From assembly GCA_951406725.2 (NCBI GenBank), contig OX597840.1, positions 14,756,001 to 14,820,000 of the forward strand: a DNA stretch of 64,000 bases. The letters are read 5' to 3'. A program made the translations under genes and the position numbers. The stretch comes from Octopus vulgaris (taxonomy: Eukaryota). The notes beneath the pieces were generated by a model, which searched no databases, had not been told where the DNA came from, and was given only the letters and a program-made list of their open reading frames with translations. How positions within the stretch are numbered: the first letter of the stretch is position 1; each line of letters begins with the position of its first letter. Shown here piece after piece: positions 12,544 to 25,090 of this stretch.

Positions 12544-12955
12544 TAGGCGCAGGAGTGGCTGTGTGGTAAGTAGTTTGCTAACCAACCACATGGTTCCGGT
12601 TCAGTCCCACTGCGTGGCATCTTGGGCAAGTGTCTTCTGCTATAGCCCCGGGCCGACCAATGCCTTGTGAGTGGATTTGGTAGACGGAAACTGAAAGAAG
12701 CCTGTCGTATATATGTATATATATATATATGTATGTGTGTTTGTATGTATGTGTTTGTGCCACTAGCATTGCTTGACAACCAATGCTGGTGTGTTTACGT
12801 CCCCATCACTTAGCGGTTCGGCAAAAAGAGACCAATAGAATAAGTACTGGGCTTACAAAGAATAAGTCCTGGGGTCGATTTGCTCGACTAAAGGCGGTGC
12901 TCCAGCATGGCCACAGTCAAATGACTGAAACAAGTAAAAGAGTAAAGAGTAAATG
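12544..12955 (+). mobile_element. SINE family A, near-consensus
   Basis: taggcgcaggagtggctgtgtggtaag...gactgaaacaagtaaaagagtaaagag. Confidence 0.9.
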
Positions 12956-13044
12956 AGTACTATATATATATTTATATATATTTATATATGTATGTTTGTA
13001 TTATCTATATGCATATATATGTATTATATATATGTATATATATA

Positions 13045-13337
13045 GAGAGAGAGGGAGAGGTGGAATTAATATATATAAGTATTTATGAATTGATATATAA
13101 TAGTGTAAACATAATAATCTCACACACACACACACACAGTGGAGTTGAAGTGAGCTAATATGCATTTGTGTTCATGTACATATTTAAATAAGTGTGTGTG
13201 TGTGTGTGTATGCACACATACTTATACATAATTATCAACATATATTCACCGACACACATTTACACATGAAATCCTGCAATCCTACATTGTAGGTCATATC
13301 CCAAGACCCCAGTAACTGATCGGCTATAAGCACACAC
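13045..13337 (+). repeat. Low-copy direct repeat, copy 1 (partner at 58009-58406)
   Basis: ggagaggtggaattaatatatataagtatttatgaattg...ttcaccgacacacatttacacatgaaatcctgcaatcc...gtaggtcatatcccaagac...ggctataagcacac. Confidence 0.9.
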
Positions 13338-13346
13338 GTACACACA

Positions 13347-13381
<35 letters not shown>

Positions 13382-13388
13382 TTATAAA

Positions 13389-13722
13389 TAGGCACAGGAG
13401 TGGCTGTGTGGTTAGTAGCTTGCTTACCAACCACATGGTTCCAGGTTCAATCTCACTGCGTGGCACCTTGGTCGACCAAGTGTGGATTTGTTAGACGGAA
13501 ACTGAAAGAAGCTCATGGTATATATATATATGTTTGTCCACCACCATCACTTGACAATCAATGTTGGTGTTTTACATCCCTGTAACTTAGCGGTTCAGCA
13601 AAAAGAGACTGATAGAATATGTACTAGGCTTATAAAGAATAAGTCCTGGGGTCGAATTGCTCGACTAATTGCTCCAGCATGGCCGCAGTCAAATGACTGA
13701 AACAAATAAAAGAATAAAGGAA
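13389..13722 (+). mobile_element. SINE family A (small deletions)
   Basis: Head and tail match. Confidence 0.85.
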
Positions 13723-13727
13723 TATGC

Positions 13728-13770
<43 letters not shown>

Positions 13771-14193
13771 TATACATATATATACATATATATATATACA
13801 CTCACACACATATATATTCATGTATGTTTGTGTATATATAAATTTATGTATATACATATATATATATAAATTTATATATACAGATACATACATGAATATA
13901 TATATGTGTGTGTGTGTGTGTATATATTATGTATGTATTTATGTAAGTACCTATTGTTCTATCTGTTTAGCCAAATACAAATGCCAGGAGTGAAAATCTG
14001 TGTGTCACTCTATCTTTCTACCTGTCTGTCTCTCTGCAAATCCTCCTATCAATAGTTTCTGATATTTTCAATATTTTTGTCTGTCTATTTTTACTGTCCA
14101 CCTGACTTTTCACCTGTCTTTGCCATCAATTTCTCCATGTTTGTACGCCTATGTCTATTCATTTATCTATCGTTCTGTCTGTCTGTCTCTTCA

Positions 14194-14224
<31 letters not shown>

Positions 14225-14394
14225 GAAGTTATGTGTATATATCCATCTATTTGTCTGCCCACCTGTCCATTCATTTGTTTGTCTACTTCTGTCTTTCTTT
14301 CAGTTTATTTGTAAATCTACCTGTCTAGACAGTTGTCTCTCTATCTAATTATACATACACATATCATCTATCTATCTGTCTGTCTACCTACCTA

Positions 14395-14431
<37 letters not shown>

Positions 14432-14667
14432 GTATCTGTCTATCTGTTTAATCAGGTCTGAAATTTTGGTGGAGGGATGGTTAATCAATGATATTGACCC
14501 CATTGCTGGAATGGCCTGTATTATATTCATCCTCCTTCCCTCCATGAGGGTTAATGGCAGTCAAACTCAGAACGTAAAGCTGGAAGGAATTCCACTAAGC
14601 ATTTTTGTCCAATGTGCTAAGGATTCTGCCATCTTGGAACCTTCAGTAATAATAATAATAATAATAA

Positions 14668-15059
14668 CTAGCACTATGACCTGGCAATACTGTATATGCA
14701 GGCACTAGCACTATGACCCAGCATTGCCGGGTCATAGTGCTAGTGCATGCATATACAGCTGTGTGCGTGCGCACATACACTCGAGTACTGTCCAAGCCTC
14801 TGACCAATCACACACAGCTAGATGGCATTCAATTGGCATATCAAGTTTCGGGCATTTTGATTGGGTTTGGGATAGAAAATTCACAAAATATTGACTTCTA
14901 TTGATTTCTTAATGGCTTTGTGGGGTGACTGGGGAAATGTGCATGACCACCCTTGGACGGTTTTGAATGACCATAGAAAGTGCGAGCCCTGTAACTGAAA
15001 AAAATGTGGATTTGTATAAAGGAAACACACGCAGACATTTTGCCCTTTATATATATAGA
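14668..15059 (-). mobile_element. Probable non-autonomous Helitron
   Basis: Minus strand starts TCTATATATATAAAG and ends ...gtcatagtgCTAG|T, with a subterminal GC hairpin (cccggcaatgctggg); inserted in (AAT)n without a TSD. Confidence 0.6.
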
Positions 15060-15106
<47 letters not shown>

Positions 15107-15107
15107 T

Positions 15108-15693
15108 AATCCTTTCTACTATAGGATAAGGCCTGAAATTTTGGGGAATGGAGTAGTCGATTTTGTCAACCCCAATGTTCAACTGGTACTTAATTTATGG
15201 TCCTTGAAAGGATAAAAAATAAAGTTGACCACAGCAGAATTTGAACTTGTTACATGAAGGTGGATAAAATACCGGTAACCATTTTTCCTGGCATGCAAAC
15301 GATTCTGCCAGCTCACCCCCTCAAAAGGGTTGTAACAAGTAAATGAGAAAGTTAGTGATGCATTTACATTGGTTTGAAATATCTTCCACTAAAATAACAA
15401 GTATCTTAGTGTAGCATAATTACCACACAACCAAAATCCCACACCCCATATAATAATAATAATAATAATGGTTTCAAATTTTTGCAACAAGGGTAGGAAT
15501 TTTGGGGAAGGGGTAAGTCAATAAGATCAACCCCAGTGCTCAACTGGTACTTGTTTTATTGACACTACCCCCATCCCACACAAAAAGGATGAAAGCTGAC
15601 CTTGGTGGAATTTGAACTCAGAACATAAAGATAGATGAAGTATTGTCAAGCATTCTGCCTGGCATGCTAATGGTTCTGCCAGCTTGTCACCTT
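15108..15693 (-). mobile_element. Two SINE family B copies (15108-15318, 15468-15693)
   Basis: Reverse matches, each adjacent to (AAT)n. Confidence 0.8.
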
Positions 15694-15819
15694 AAAAAAA
15701 AACTTGCCCAGGGTGCTCCGTAGTGGGACTGAACTCAAGACGGCATGGTTGAGAAGAAAGGTTCTTACCACATAGCAACACCTGCACCTAATAATAATAA
15801 TGATAACAATAATAATTTC

Positions 15820-15947
15820 GTTTTTGTATTTGGTTTGCAAGATCTTTTATGTGAATTCGTGTGTTGAAGCATATTTTGTTGTGTCTGGGGAGAGTCATTC
15901 ACTTTTTGTGCCTTGTTATTTAACACACTCACTGTTTTGATTTCCAC
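15820..15947. repeat. Unclassified dispersed repeat (inverted partner at 20334-20460)
   Basis: tttggtttgcaagatc..tatgtgaattcgtgtgttgaagcatatt..gtgtctggggagagtcattc matches the reverse complement of 20334-20460. Confidence 0.8.
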
Positions 15948-15959
15948 AAGTAATAATAA

Positions 15960-16192
15960 GGTGGCAAGCTGGCAGAAATGTTAGCACACTGGGCAAAATG
16001 CTTAGTGGTATTTCGTCTGCCATTACGCTCCCAGTTCAAATTCTGCCGAGGTTGACTTTGCCTTTCATCCTTTTGGGGTCGATAAATTAAGTACCAGTCA
16101 TGCACTGGGGTCGGTGTAATCGACTTAATCCTTATGTCTGTCCTTGTTTGTCCCCTCTATGTTTAGCCCCTTGTGGGCAATAAAGAAATAAG
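15960..16192 (+). mobile_element. SINE family B with TSD agtaataataagg
   Basis: Full match; direct repeat at 15948 and 16191. Confidence 0.9.
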
Positions 16193-16257
16193 TAATAATA
16201 AGGCACTAAATGAGAATGACTCTCCACAGACAATGAAATAATAATCCTTGACAAGAG

Positions 16258-16435
16258 CTGGCTTGGCAGACGACTGCACCAGACTTCACTGTTTGTTTTG
16301 GCAGGGCTTTTATGGCTGGATGCTCTTCCTAGCACTAGCCACCTTGCAGAATGGACTGAGTGCTTTTTATGTGGCACCAGCACCAGCAAGGTCTGTTTTG
16401 GCTGGGTTGTTACAGCTGGATGCCCATCGAAATGC
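16258..16435 (-). mobile_element. SINE family D fragment
   Basis: ggctggatgctcttcctagcactagccacc...gtgctttttatgtggcaccagc. Confidence 0.6.
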
Positions 16436-17207
16436 CAAGACATTTTTTTAAGATGCCTCACCATGCGGATAGAACCCAGAACTTTGTGATTGTGATGAGC
16501 CAGTGAAACATACATCAATTCTCCCCTCCATCCACCACCACCATCACCATCATCTAAAATGAAGTGGGCTACATTAAACCAACCCTATAGCAGACTAACG
16601 AGGACTCTATCATTTAATATGCCCTATTTTAAGAAAGGATCAAATAGAATGCCTTGTGGTATTTGTTCAGACTCACTGAAGCATGAGTTCAAATCCTGCC
16701 AAGGCTCTTACTGTGTTTCATCCATTTTGTAGTTGATAAAAAAAAAAGCAGCCCAGGGTTGTGGATTGAAAAAACTGTTGGAGGATTGGACCTATGCCCT
16801 GTGGTATCTTTTCTGGTTCTTTGTTTTCTGATACAGATGCCAAACTCAAGTTGGTGCAGAGGGGCGTGGGGAGACTTTCATATATGGGAAACTACCAGCC
16901 TCTCTCAAAAACTCTTGGCCAGACTTGCTCATAGATGTGTTAATAAATGGTTAACACTGACCATGAGAGGTCTGTTTTAAGAGAGTAAGAGTGTGATTTA
17001 AAGTAGATTTGGTTGCTGTTTCTAGTAGGTCAGACTGCCTCATAGAGGTTCTCACTGACGGAATTCTTTCTTTTGTTCTTTTATCTTATTTCTACTTGTT
17101 TTAGTCATTAGACTGCGGCCATGCTGGGGCACTGCCTTGAAGAATTTTTAGTCACATGAATTGATCCTAGTAACTTTTTTTCTTTAAGCTTTGTGCTTAT
17201 TTCATTA

Positions 17208-17298
17208 TATGGCACCATCACCAGTGCTTTTCATGTGGGACCAACATCAATGCTTTTTACTGTGGCACCAGCACCAGTACTTTTTATGTGACACTGAT
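17208..17298. repeat. About 25-bp tandem repeat derived from the family D internal unit
   Basis: atgtggcaccagcaccagtgctttt, about 3.5 copies. Confidence 0.7.
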
Positions 17299-18354
17299 AA
17301 ATAAAATACCTCCCCTACTCCAGATCATAGCTTGGCTCAATTGTTAGGTCATTGCAGTATTTGTTTTTGTTCTCTGCAGTTTAAGTTCAAATCCCACTGA
17401 CTGAGGTCGACTTTGTTTTTAATCGTTTCAATGTTGATATATAACCTACCAGGCCATAGATCTATCCATAAGCCTAGATATCTGTTTCACCATGTCTCTA
17501 TCTCACTTGCCATTCATCCATGGATTTCTCAATTTCTCTTTGTCTCTCTCACTTTCTCTCTCTCTCTCTTCTCTGTCTATCTCACACACACATACACACA
17601 CTATCTGTTTGTCCACCTATCAGCCTGTTTGTCTGTTTTCCTCTATTTATCCCTTGACTAAATTCCTTCCTGACTCTCATTATCTCTCTCTCTCTCTCTC
17701 TTTCTCCATTCTCTTCCACCCACCCAAACACAGACACGCCCTCGCCTATCCCCACACACATACACATGCACACAGACACTAACACACATGCACATATACA
17801 AACACACCCACACACACGCACACACATGCAGACACACACACACATGCATGCAACACACTATCCAAAAACCTTTGTTTAAAGCAAAACAATGGAAATTTCT
17901 ATCCAGTTTTCTCCATGACTTCACGTCTTTTCTTTTATGAATCGGAATCACCAAAACCTAAATATCCTCACCTCATCTCATCCCATGCCACCCACGACAC
18001 CTCCACCACTCACCCCAAACCCATCTAAACCCACCCACACTAAACATACAGTTTCCAGAGATTCATAAAAGGAAATCAAATGGAAGTTCTTTCCACCCAA
18101 CGCAGACACCATCAGCTCCTGAGTTTACTATGGAGTCCACTGTTATATGTGTGTGTACATAGATATCTATATACATACATATATGCATGTATAGTCGGGG
18201 AGAGGGACATTAATCTGGTTGTTGCTGTTGTTGTTGTTGTAATTGTAATAATTGTTTTATAATTGTTATTCCAACACTGATGAAGATACTGTACGGATTT
18301 GATAAATGTTGCTAATCAAGCACTTACAGTCTATAGACAAACACACACACACAT

Positions 18355-18955
<601 letters not shown>

Positions 18956-19291
18956 ACGTTAACTCGCTATTCTGACAATGATTCTTACAAGACCAATCTT
19001 GTTTCTTTTACTTTAGAATTCATGAAAGGTTTTAGAATAGAAGAATGAATGGAATATAGATAATGTTAAGTGGAATATATACAGTTGAGTGGGGTATATG
19101 CTGTTGAGTAGGGTATATAGTGTTGGGCAGGGTATATAGCTATGAGAGAATTGTAAAGTGAAAGAAGCAAGACAAATCTTGTGTGAGTCTTTGTTTGAAT
19201 AAATTAATGCATCTATTCTCAGAGCTTTAAGTGATGGTTGTGATATTTTAACTGAGAATATGGAACAATATGTATATTTATAGATAGATGA

Positions 19292-19506
19292 AGGCAGTGA
19301 GTTGGCAAAAATGTTAGCATGTCGGGCGAAATGCTTAGAGGTATTTCGTCTGTCTTTACATTCTGAGTTCAAATTCTGCCAAAGTCAACTTTACCTTTCA
19401 TCCTTTTGGGGTCGATAAATTGAATACCAGTTGTGTACTGGGTTTGATCTAATCGACTGGCCTCACACCCCAAATATTTTGAACTTTGTGTCTAGAGTAG
19501 AAAAGA
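19292..19506 (+). mobile_element. SINE family B
   Basis: Consensus match. Confidence 0.85.
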
Positions 19507-19584
19507 ATATATACATACACATATATATATGTATATATTGTTCTTTATGCTTGAAAAGACCTATTGAGTCAAGTAAAATCACTG

Positions 19585-19972
19585 TTGTAGTCGATACCAG
19601 CCCCACCTGACTGGCACCCATGCCAGTGGCACTGCTGCCGGACTGGCTCTCATACTGGTGGCATGTAAAAAGCACCATACAAGTGTGGTCAATACCAATG
19701 CCACCTGACTAGTCCCTGTGCCAGTGATACGTAAAAAGCACCTTACAAGCACAGTGGATGCCAGTGCTGCCTGACTGGTCCCCGTGCCAGTGGCATGTAA
19801 AAAGCACCCACTGCACTCCTCGGAGTGGTTGGCGTTAGGAAGGGCATCCAGCTGTAGAAATCTTGCCAGATCAGATTGGAGCCTAGTGCAGCCTCCTGGA
19901 TTGCCAGTTCTCAGTCAAACCATCCAACCCATGCCAGCCCGAAAAGCAGACGTTAAACGATGATGGTGATGA
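19585..19972 (+). mobile_element. SINE family D with internal tandem units
   Basis: Three ~60-bp units (cctgactgg..ccgtgccagtggcatgtaaaaagcacc), then ggagtggttggcgttaggaagggcatccagctgtagaaa...gacgttaaacgatgat. Confidence 0.8.
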
Positions 19973-20333
19973 TATTATCCTTTGTATACAACCTAACTGG
20001 CTGTAACGGTTTTCTACCTCCAGTGTGAAGTGAGGCCATCTGCCCAACACTATTAGAGTTTTACGAGTTGTCTATAAAGCTAAGCAATTTATGGATGTGA
20101 AACCATTGGTTACTCTACAACTGGATATATATTTAACTGCATGTAAATATACATATACATACATGCACACACACACACACACATGTGCTCACAAACATAT
20201 ATATAGACATACTTCAGTATGCATGTATATGTATGTGTGTGTATATATATGTATATGAGTGTGTATGTGTAAGACTATTGAAAAGGTTGCAAGATGCAAT
20301 GAAAATTTTAGGAAAATAAAAATAAGATATAAT

Positions 20334-20459
20334 TGGAAATTTTACCAGTGAGTGTGTTAAATTATAAGGCACAAAAAGAGAATGACTCTCCCCAGACACA
20401 ACACAATATGCTTCAATACACAAACTCACATAAAGAATCTTGCAAACCAAATCCCAAAA

Positions 20460-20460
<1 letters not shown>
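20334..20460. repeat. Unclassified dispersed repeat (partner at 15820-15947)
   Basis: Reverse-complement match. Confidence 0.8.
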
Positions 20461-20512
<52 letters not shown>

Positions 20513-20745
20513 TACGGCTAATTATTTACTCTGGGTATTATTTACTCTTTTCCTTCTTTATAAGCTATTTTTGATTTAAGGTTTTCTTTGATTTTTACAA
20601 TATGATTTTAAACCGCAATTTGAAGCAACCAGTTATTGAAAAGATCATTAGTTGAAAGGACCAGTGGAACAAAACCATTTTCAAATGTGCGTCTTTCAAA
20701 GGAATTGTATTTCTGCATGTAACTTTATCTTGCTCCATTCTAAAC

Positions 20746-20791
20746 AAAACTGTCCGACGAACGGGAATGTGAAACTCTGAGTAACAGTTTT
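20746..20791 (+). ncRNA. Minimal type-I hammerhead ribozyme motif (core U4>C variant)
   Basis: aaaactgt-CCGACGA-ac gggaat gt-GAAAC tctga GTA-acagtttt: 8-bp stem I, short stem II, near-palindromic stem III. Confidence 0.7.
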
Positions 20792-20819
20792 TGTGATATT
20801 TTTGCTGCCTTTTAATAAA

Positions 20820-20862
<43 letters not shown>

Positions 20863-20919
20863 TGTTTATGTATATATACACATATATACATGTATGGATG
20901 TGGTGAACTCTCCCATTGT

Positions 20920-21175
20920 TAGACAATGTATGAGGGTTCAACAAATTCTTACTGAACACCCACACAGGTGATTTGTTTATAGTGATCAAATGGTTGTGTA
21001 CACATAAGCTCACTCCCTCCATCAGATTGACATTACCTGTACATGTGTAATGGGTGCCGCATGTCAGATGTGGAAATGATTGCAGAGCATCGTTAAATGA
21101 AGTGCTTTGCTCAAGAACACAATTGAAACCATGATCTTGCGCTTGTGAGTGCAACACTCTAACCATTTGCCTTCA
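20920..21175 (-). mobile_element. tRNA/CORE-like SINE with a third tail type
   Basis: Minus strand tggttagagtgttgcactcacaagcgcaagatcatggtttcaatt..tgtgttcttgagcaaagcacttcattt. Confidence 0.65.
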
Positions 21176-21224
21176 CACACACAGACACACACACACTCAG
21201 TTAGAGAGAGAGAGCGCTCACTAT

Positions 21225-21990
21225 TCTCTCTTTACTCTTTTTTATTTGTTTCAGTCATTTGACTGAAGCCATGCTGGAGCACCACCTTTAGTCAAATAAA
21301 TCAACCCCAGGACTTATTCTTTGTAAGCCTGGTACTTATTTTATTGGTTTTTTTTTTGTCAAACCACTATCTTAAGGGAACACAAACACACCAACATCGG
21401 TTGTGAAGCAATTGTGGTGAGACAAACACAGACACACAAATACATAATATATATACGATGGGCTTCTTTCAGTTTCCATCCACTAAATCTATTCACAAAG
21501 CTTTGGTTGGCCCGAGGCTATAGTAGAAGACACTTGCCCAAGGTGCCATGCAGTGGGACTGAACCCAGAACCATGTGGTTGGGAATTAGAAGGTTCATTT
21601 GAAACTTGGCTGTGTGGTAAGAGGCTTACTTTCCAACTATTTGGTTCTGGGTTCAGTCCCACTGTGTGATACTTAGGGCAAATGTCTTCAACTATAGCTT
21701 GTGGCTGATCAAAGCCATGTAAGTGGATCTGGTAGATGGAAACTGAAAGAAGCCCGTCGTATATATATACATATGTATGTGTGTGTGCCTACCTTTGTGT
21801 CCATGTTTGCCCCCACCACAACTTGACAACATCCCCATAACTTAGTGGTTCAGCAAAAGGAACTGATAGAATAAGTGCCAGACTGAAAAAAAGAAGAACA
21901 AAAACATATTGGGGTCAGTTCATTCAACTAAAAACTCTTCAAGGTGGTGCCCCAGCATGGCCGCAGTAAAAGAAACAAGTAAAAGATAAA
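21225..21990. mobile_element. Two SINE family A copies head-to-head (- 21225-21585; + 21608-21990)
   Basis: Opposite-orientation matches about 20 bp apart. Confidence 0.85.
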
Positions 21991-22088
21991 AGATATATAT
22001 ATATATATATAGATGTGCGTGTGTGTGTATGCATGCATGTGTATAAGAGCGTTGTAGTTTGCCTGAAGCATTGTAATATTGAAGAAGT

Positions 22089-22281
22089 ACAATGTGGCAA
22101 GTTTAATAAACCTTTTATATTTCAGGCACAAAGGCCCATCGTCAGACGAAAAGAACAGTCTGGGGAATTTTAATGGGTTAACGGAACCTACATGACTGGA
22201 CTTTTCTTTGACTGTTCTTGCCTTCTCGCGAAGGGCCTTTGCACCTGAAATATAAAGATTTTATTAAACTTCCTGCATTGT
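22089..22281. ncRNA. Foldback carrying an inverted pair of hammerhead-like motifs (- 22111-22148; + 22221-22258)
   Basis: Minus: CTGACGA-t-gggc ctttgt gcct-GAAAT ATA-aaagg; plus (decayed): cctt-CTCGCGA-a-gggc ctttgc acct-GAAAT ATA-aag; ~50-bp outer arms. Confidence 0.55.
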
Positions 22282-23144
22282 CAAAAGCTTTCTGTTTTCT
22301 CTCTTTTTACCTTCTTTGATATGTGTGTGTGTGTGTATGTTATATATCATCAGTAACAATATATGATGTGTGTGTAACAATATATTACAGTACCAAATAT
22401 AACCGTATCGCAATAAGTAATGTAACAGGAGTTGGTCATCTCATTTTAACCGTTCGCACTATAACAGTCCAACACAGAATCAATAACGAGACTAACGCTC
22501 TCACTGTTCGACCTCAACTGTCTGCTGGCTCATCTGTTTATAAGACTTGTCTGGTACACTGACACTCACATGCAGGAGGGTCACTTCACTCCACAACAAT
22601 ATATATATTTTGAATTCCACATTAAGGTTTCTCACTGCCATCAATAGTATATTCTAACTTTAATCTTTAATTTTAAATTCTAAATTTTCAATTCTTAAAT
22701 TTTAATAAGGTTTTCTTTAATCCCTATATCACTCCACGTATCGAATTTTTTCTTGTTTATTTTTTCATGTATATTCTTATTTCACATATTATTTCTCTTC
22801 TTAAATAATACTTTAATACATTCTTTGTCTTAATGTATTTGCTTTATTAATGTCATAAATACCAGATGATTATCTAATGTTTGTTTCTTCTGTATATCAT
22901 GTTATTTACTATTTATTGTCTCAGGTTCAACCTGAGCACTTCAAAGCAATTCTGTAATTTTTCGAAAGGAAAAGCAGTATAATTATTATTATTATTATTA
23001 TTATTATTACATATATATATATATATATATATACGTGTGAGCCATCTAAGAGACCATAAGTCAAAGAAAAGTTGCACTCATATATCTGTCAGTAGAATGG
23101 GTATATTATCTGAAATGTATAGTATTAAATATCCATCACGGTTG

Positions 23145-23227
23145 ATCTTACCAATCAGTTTCGTGTAAAGAATACAATGGAGTGTTAGGCAACATTTCAA
23201 TTATGTAATTATACACTCATCAGAGTT
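23145..23227 (-). ncRNA. Type-I hammerhead ribozyme motif with a long loop 2
   Basis: Minus: aact-CTGATGA-gtgta...tacac-GAAAC tgattg GTA-agat; stem III looks like the CpG-decayed palindrome accgatcggt. Confidence 0.7.
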
Positions 23228-23699
23228 AGCCAATATGGAAGGGAATATGACAACTGCTCTATATATAGAGGGAGGCAAACAAAGAGACAATAATATGGGA
23301 TTTTATGCTTATGCAAACATCCTAGTGTTATCTATTCAAGGGATCATGGAAGTTTCTTCTGTAGAACATTGTTACTGAGTGTAAACATGTTCTATTAAAA
23401 TGGTGAGTCCAACAAAAGGTGTTTTGTTTCACTCAAGAATCTATGTGTGTGTTAATTCCAAATATTTATTTCACCAGCTTTGTGTGTTTTTGTGTGTGCT
23501 TTAATAACACTTGGTTATTTTATAGTCCGTAATTAAATCAAATTATTGCAGAAGTCATAAAAAATATGAACAAAAAAAAATCATTGTTTTGTTTAATAAT
23601 TTTCTGAAAATAATAACAACAACATGAATGGTAATTATAAATAATGATGATTGTTTCTTTAATTGCTTGAAGGGTGACAGATGGTGGGAATAACGATAT

Positions 23700-23725
23700 G
23701 ACTACTACTACAAGTAATAATAATA

Positions 23726-23756
<31 letters not shown>

Positions 23757-23866
23757 TAATAATGATAATAATAATGATGATAATAATAATGATAATAATA
23801 ATAATGATAATAATAATAATGATGATAATAATAATAATAATGATAATAATAATAATAGTAATAATC
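23700..23866. repeat. (AAT/GAT)n microsatellite
   Basis: Directly visible. Confidence 0.95.
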
Positions 23867-24289
23867 ATAAATCGTCATCCAAATGGTTCTACTCAAACTG
23901 AACAGCAGAAAGTGGAAAAGATTTATTTTCAAAGAAACAAGTTAAAAAAAAGAGACTATAACTATGTTGTTTGTTATATCGTTTTATTGGAAAGGGGGTT
24001 GTCTATAAAAGTTTAATTTCGTCTGAGTTGGTTACCATAGCAACAATATCAATCATAAAAAGAGAAGCTTTTCCATTGTGTAAGGTACTGATGAGTGAGA
24101 GGGAGGCATTGAGATTGTGTTTTATCACCTATGCACCCCCTGACCCCTTAAAAGAAATTGAAACTTATATACATGCATATATACTTATACACAAGTAAGT
24201 GTGTGTGTGTGTATATATATGTATATATATATGTCCACACACACATGTATGCACATATATATATATATACATATACACACACATGTTCT

Positions 24290-24880
24290 CAAAACAGCTG
24301 TGGGTGTAAAAATAACTGAGTTGTTAAGCAGTTTGCTTTGTAACCATGAGATCCTGGTTTCAAGCTTGCTGTGTGCCATCTTGGGCAAGTTTCTTTACTC
24401 CAGCATCAAGTTGCCCAAAACCTTGTGGGGTTGAAACTAAGTTGAGGGAAACTCTATGGACCCCATGAGATTTATTGTAGTTGTAACTTCAAAGATGCAT
24501 CCTTGCTGAAAACTAAATCATTCTCATTCTACTCTTGAGAATTTCAATAAAGTTACACATGTGGTTGTGTGGTAAGAGTTTGGCTTCCCAACTACATGGC
24601 ACTGGGTTCAGTCCCACTTCATGGCACCTTAGGCAGGTGTCTTTTCTTACAGTCTTGGACTGACCAAAGCCTCGTGAGTGAATTTGGTTGATGAAAACTG
24701 CAAGGACATTGTGTATATATACATGTGTGTGTGTGTGTGTGTATCCTGCACCACTGTTTGACAACTGACGTTGGCTTGTTTATGACCCCGTAACTTAACT
24801 TAGTGGTTCACCAAACGAGACCTAGAGTAACTATAAATTCTTCAAGGTGGTGCCCCAGCATGACTGAAACAAGAAAAAGA
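24290..24880 (+). mobile_element. Two diverged SINE family A-like copies (24290-24470, 24560-24880)
   Basis: gccatcttgggcaag and ggcaccttaggcagg CORE-like motifs; tail ggtggtgccccagcatgactgaaac. Confidence 0.7.
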
Positions 24881-24934
<54 letters not shown>

Positions 24935-25032
24935 TATGTATGTATGTAATTGTTAAAGAGGACAAGAAACCTTAAAGCAAAGCAAACATCTCAAGTCATT
25001 ATTATTATTATTATTGGAAAAAAAAAATTCAA

Positions 25033-25090
25033 TGTCTTACAGCCGTTTCTGGAGTATCCCAGAGTATGGGATATTCCATCATCAGAGACA
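25033..25090 (-). ncRNA. Type-I hammerhead ribozyme motif with intact core
   Basis: Minus: tgtct-CTGATGA-tggaatatccca tactc tgggatactcca-GAAAC ggct GTA-agaca; 5-bp stem I, ~11-bp stem II, all catalytic core bases present. Confidence 0.85.
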
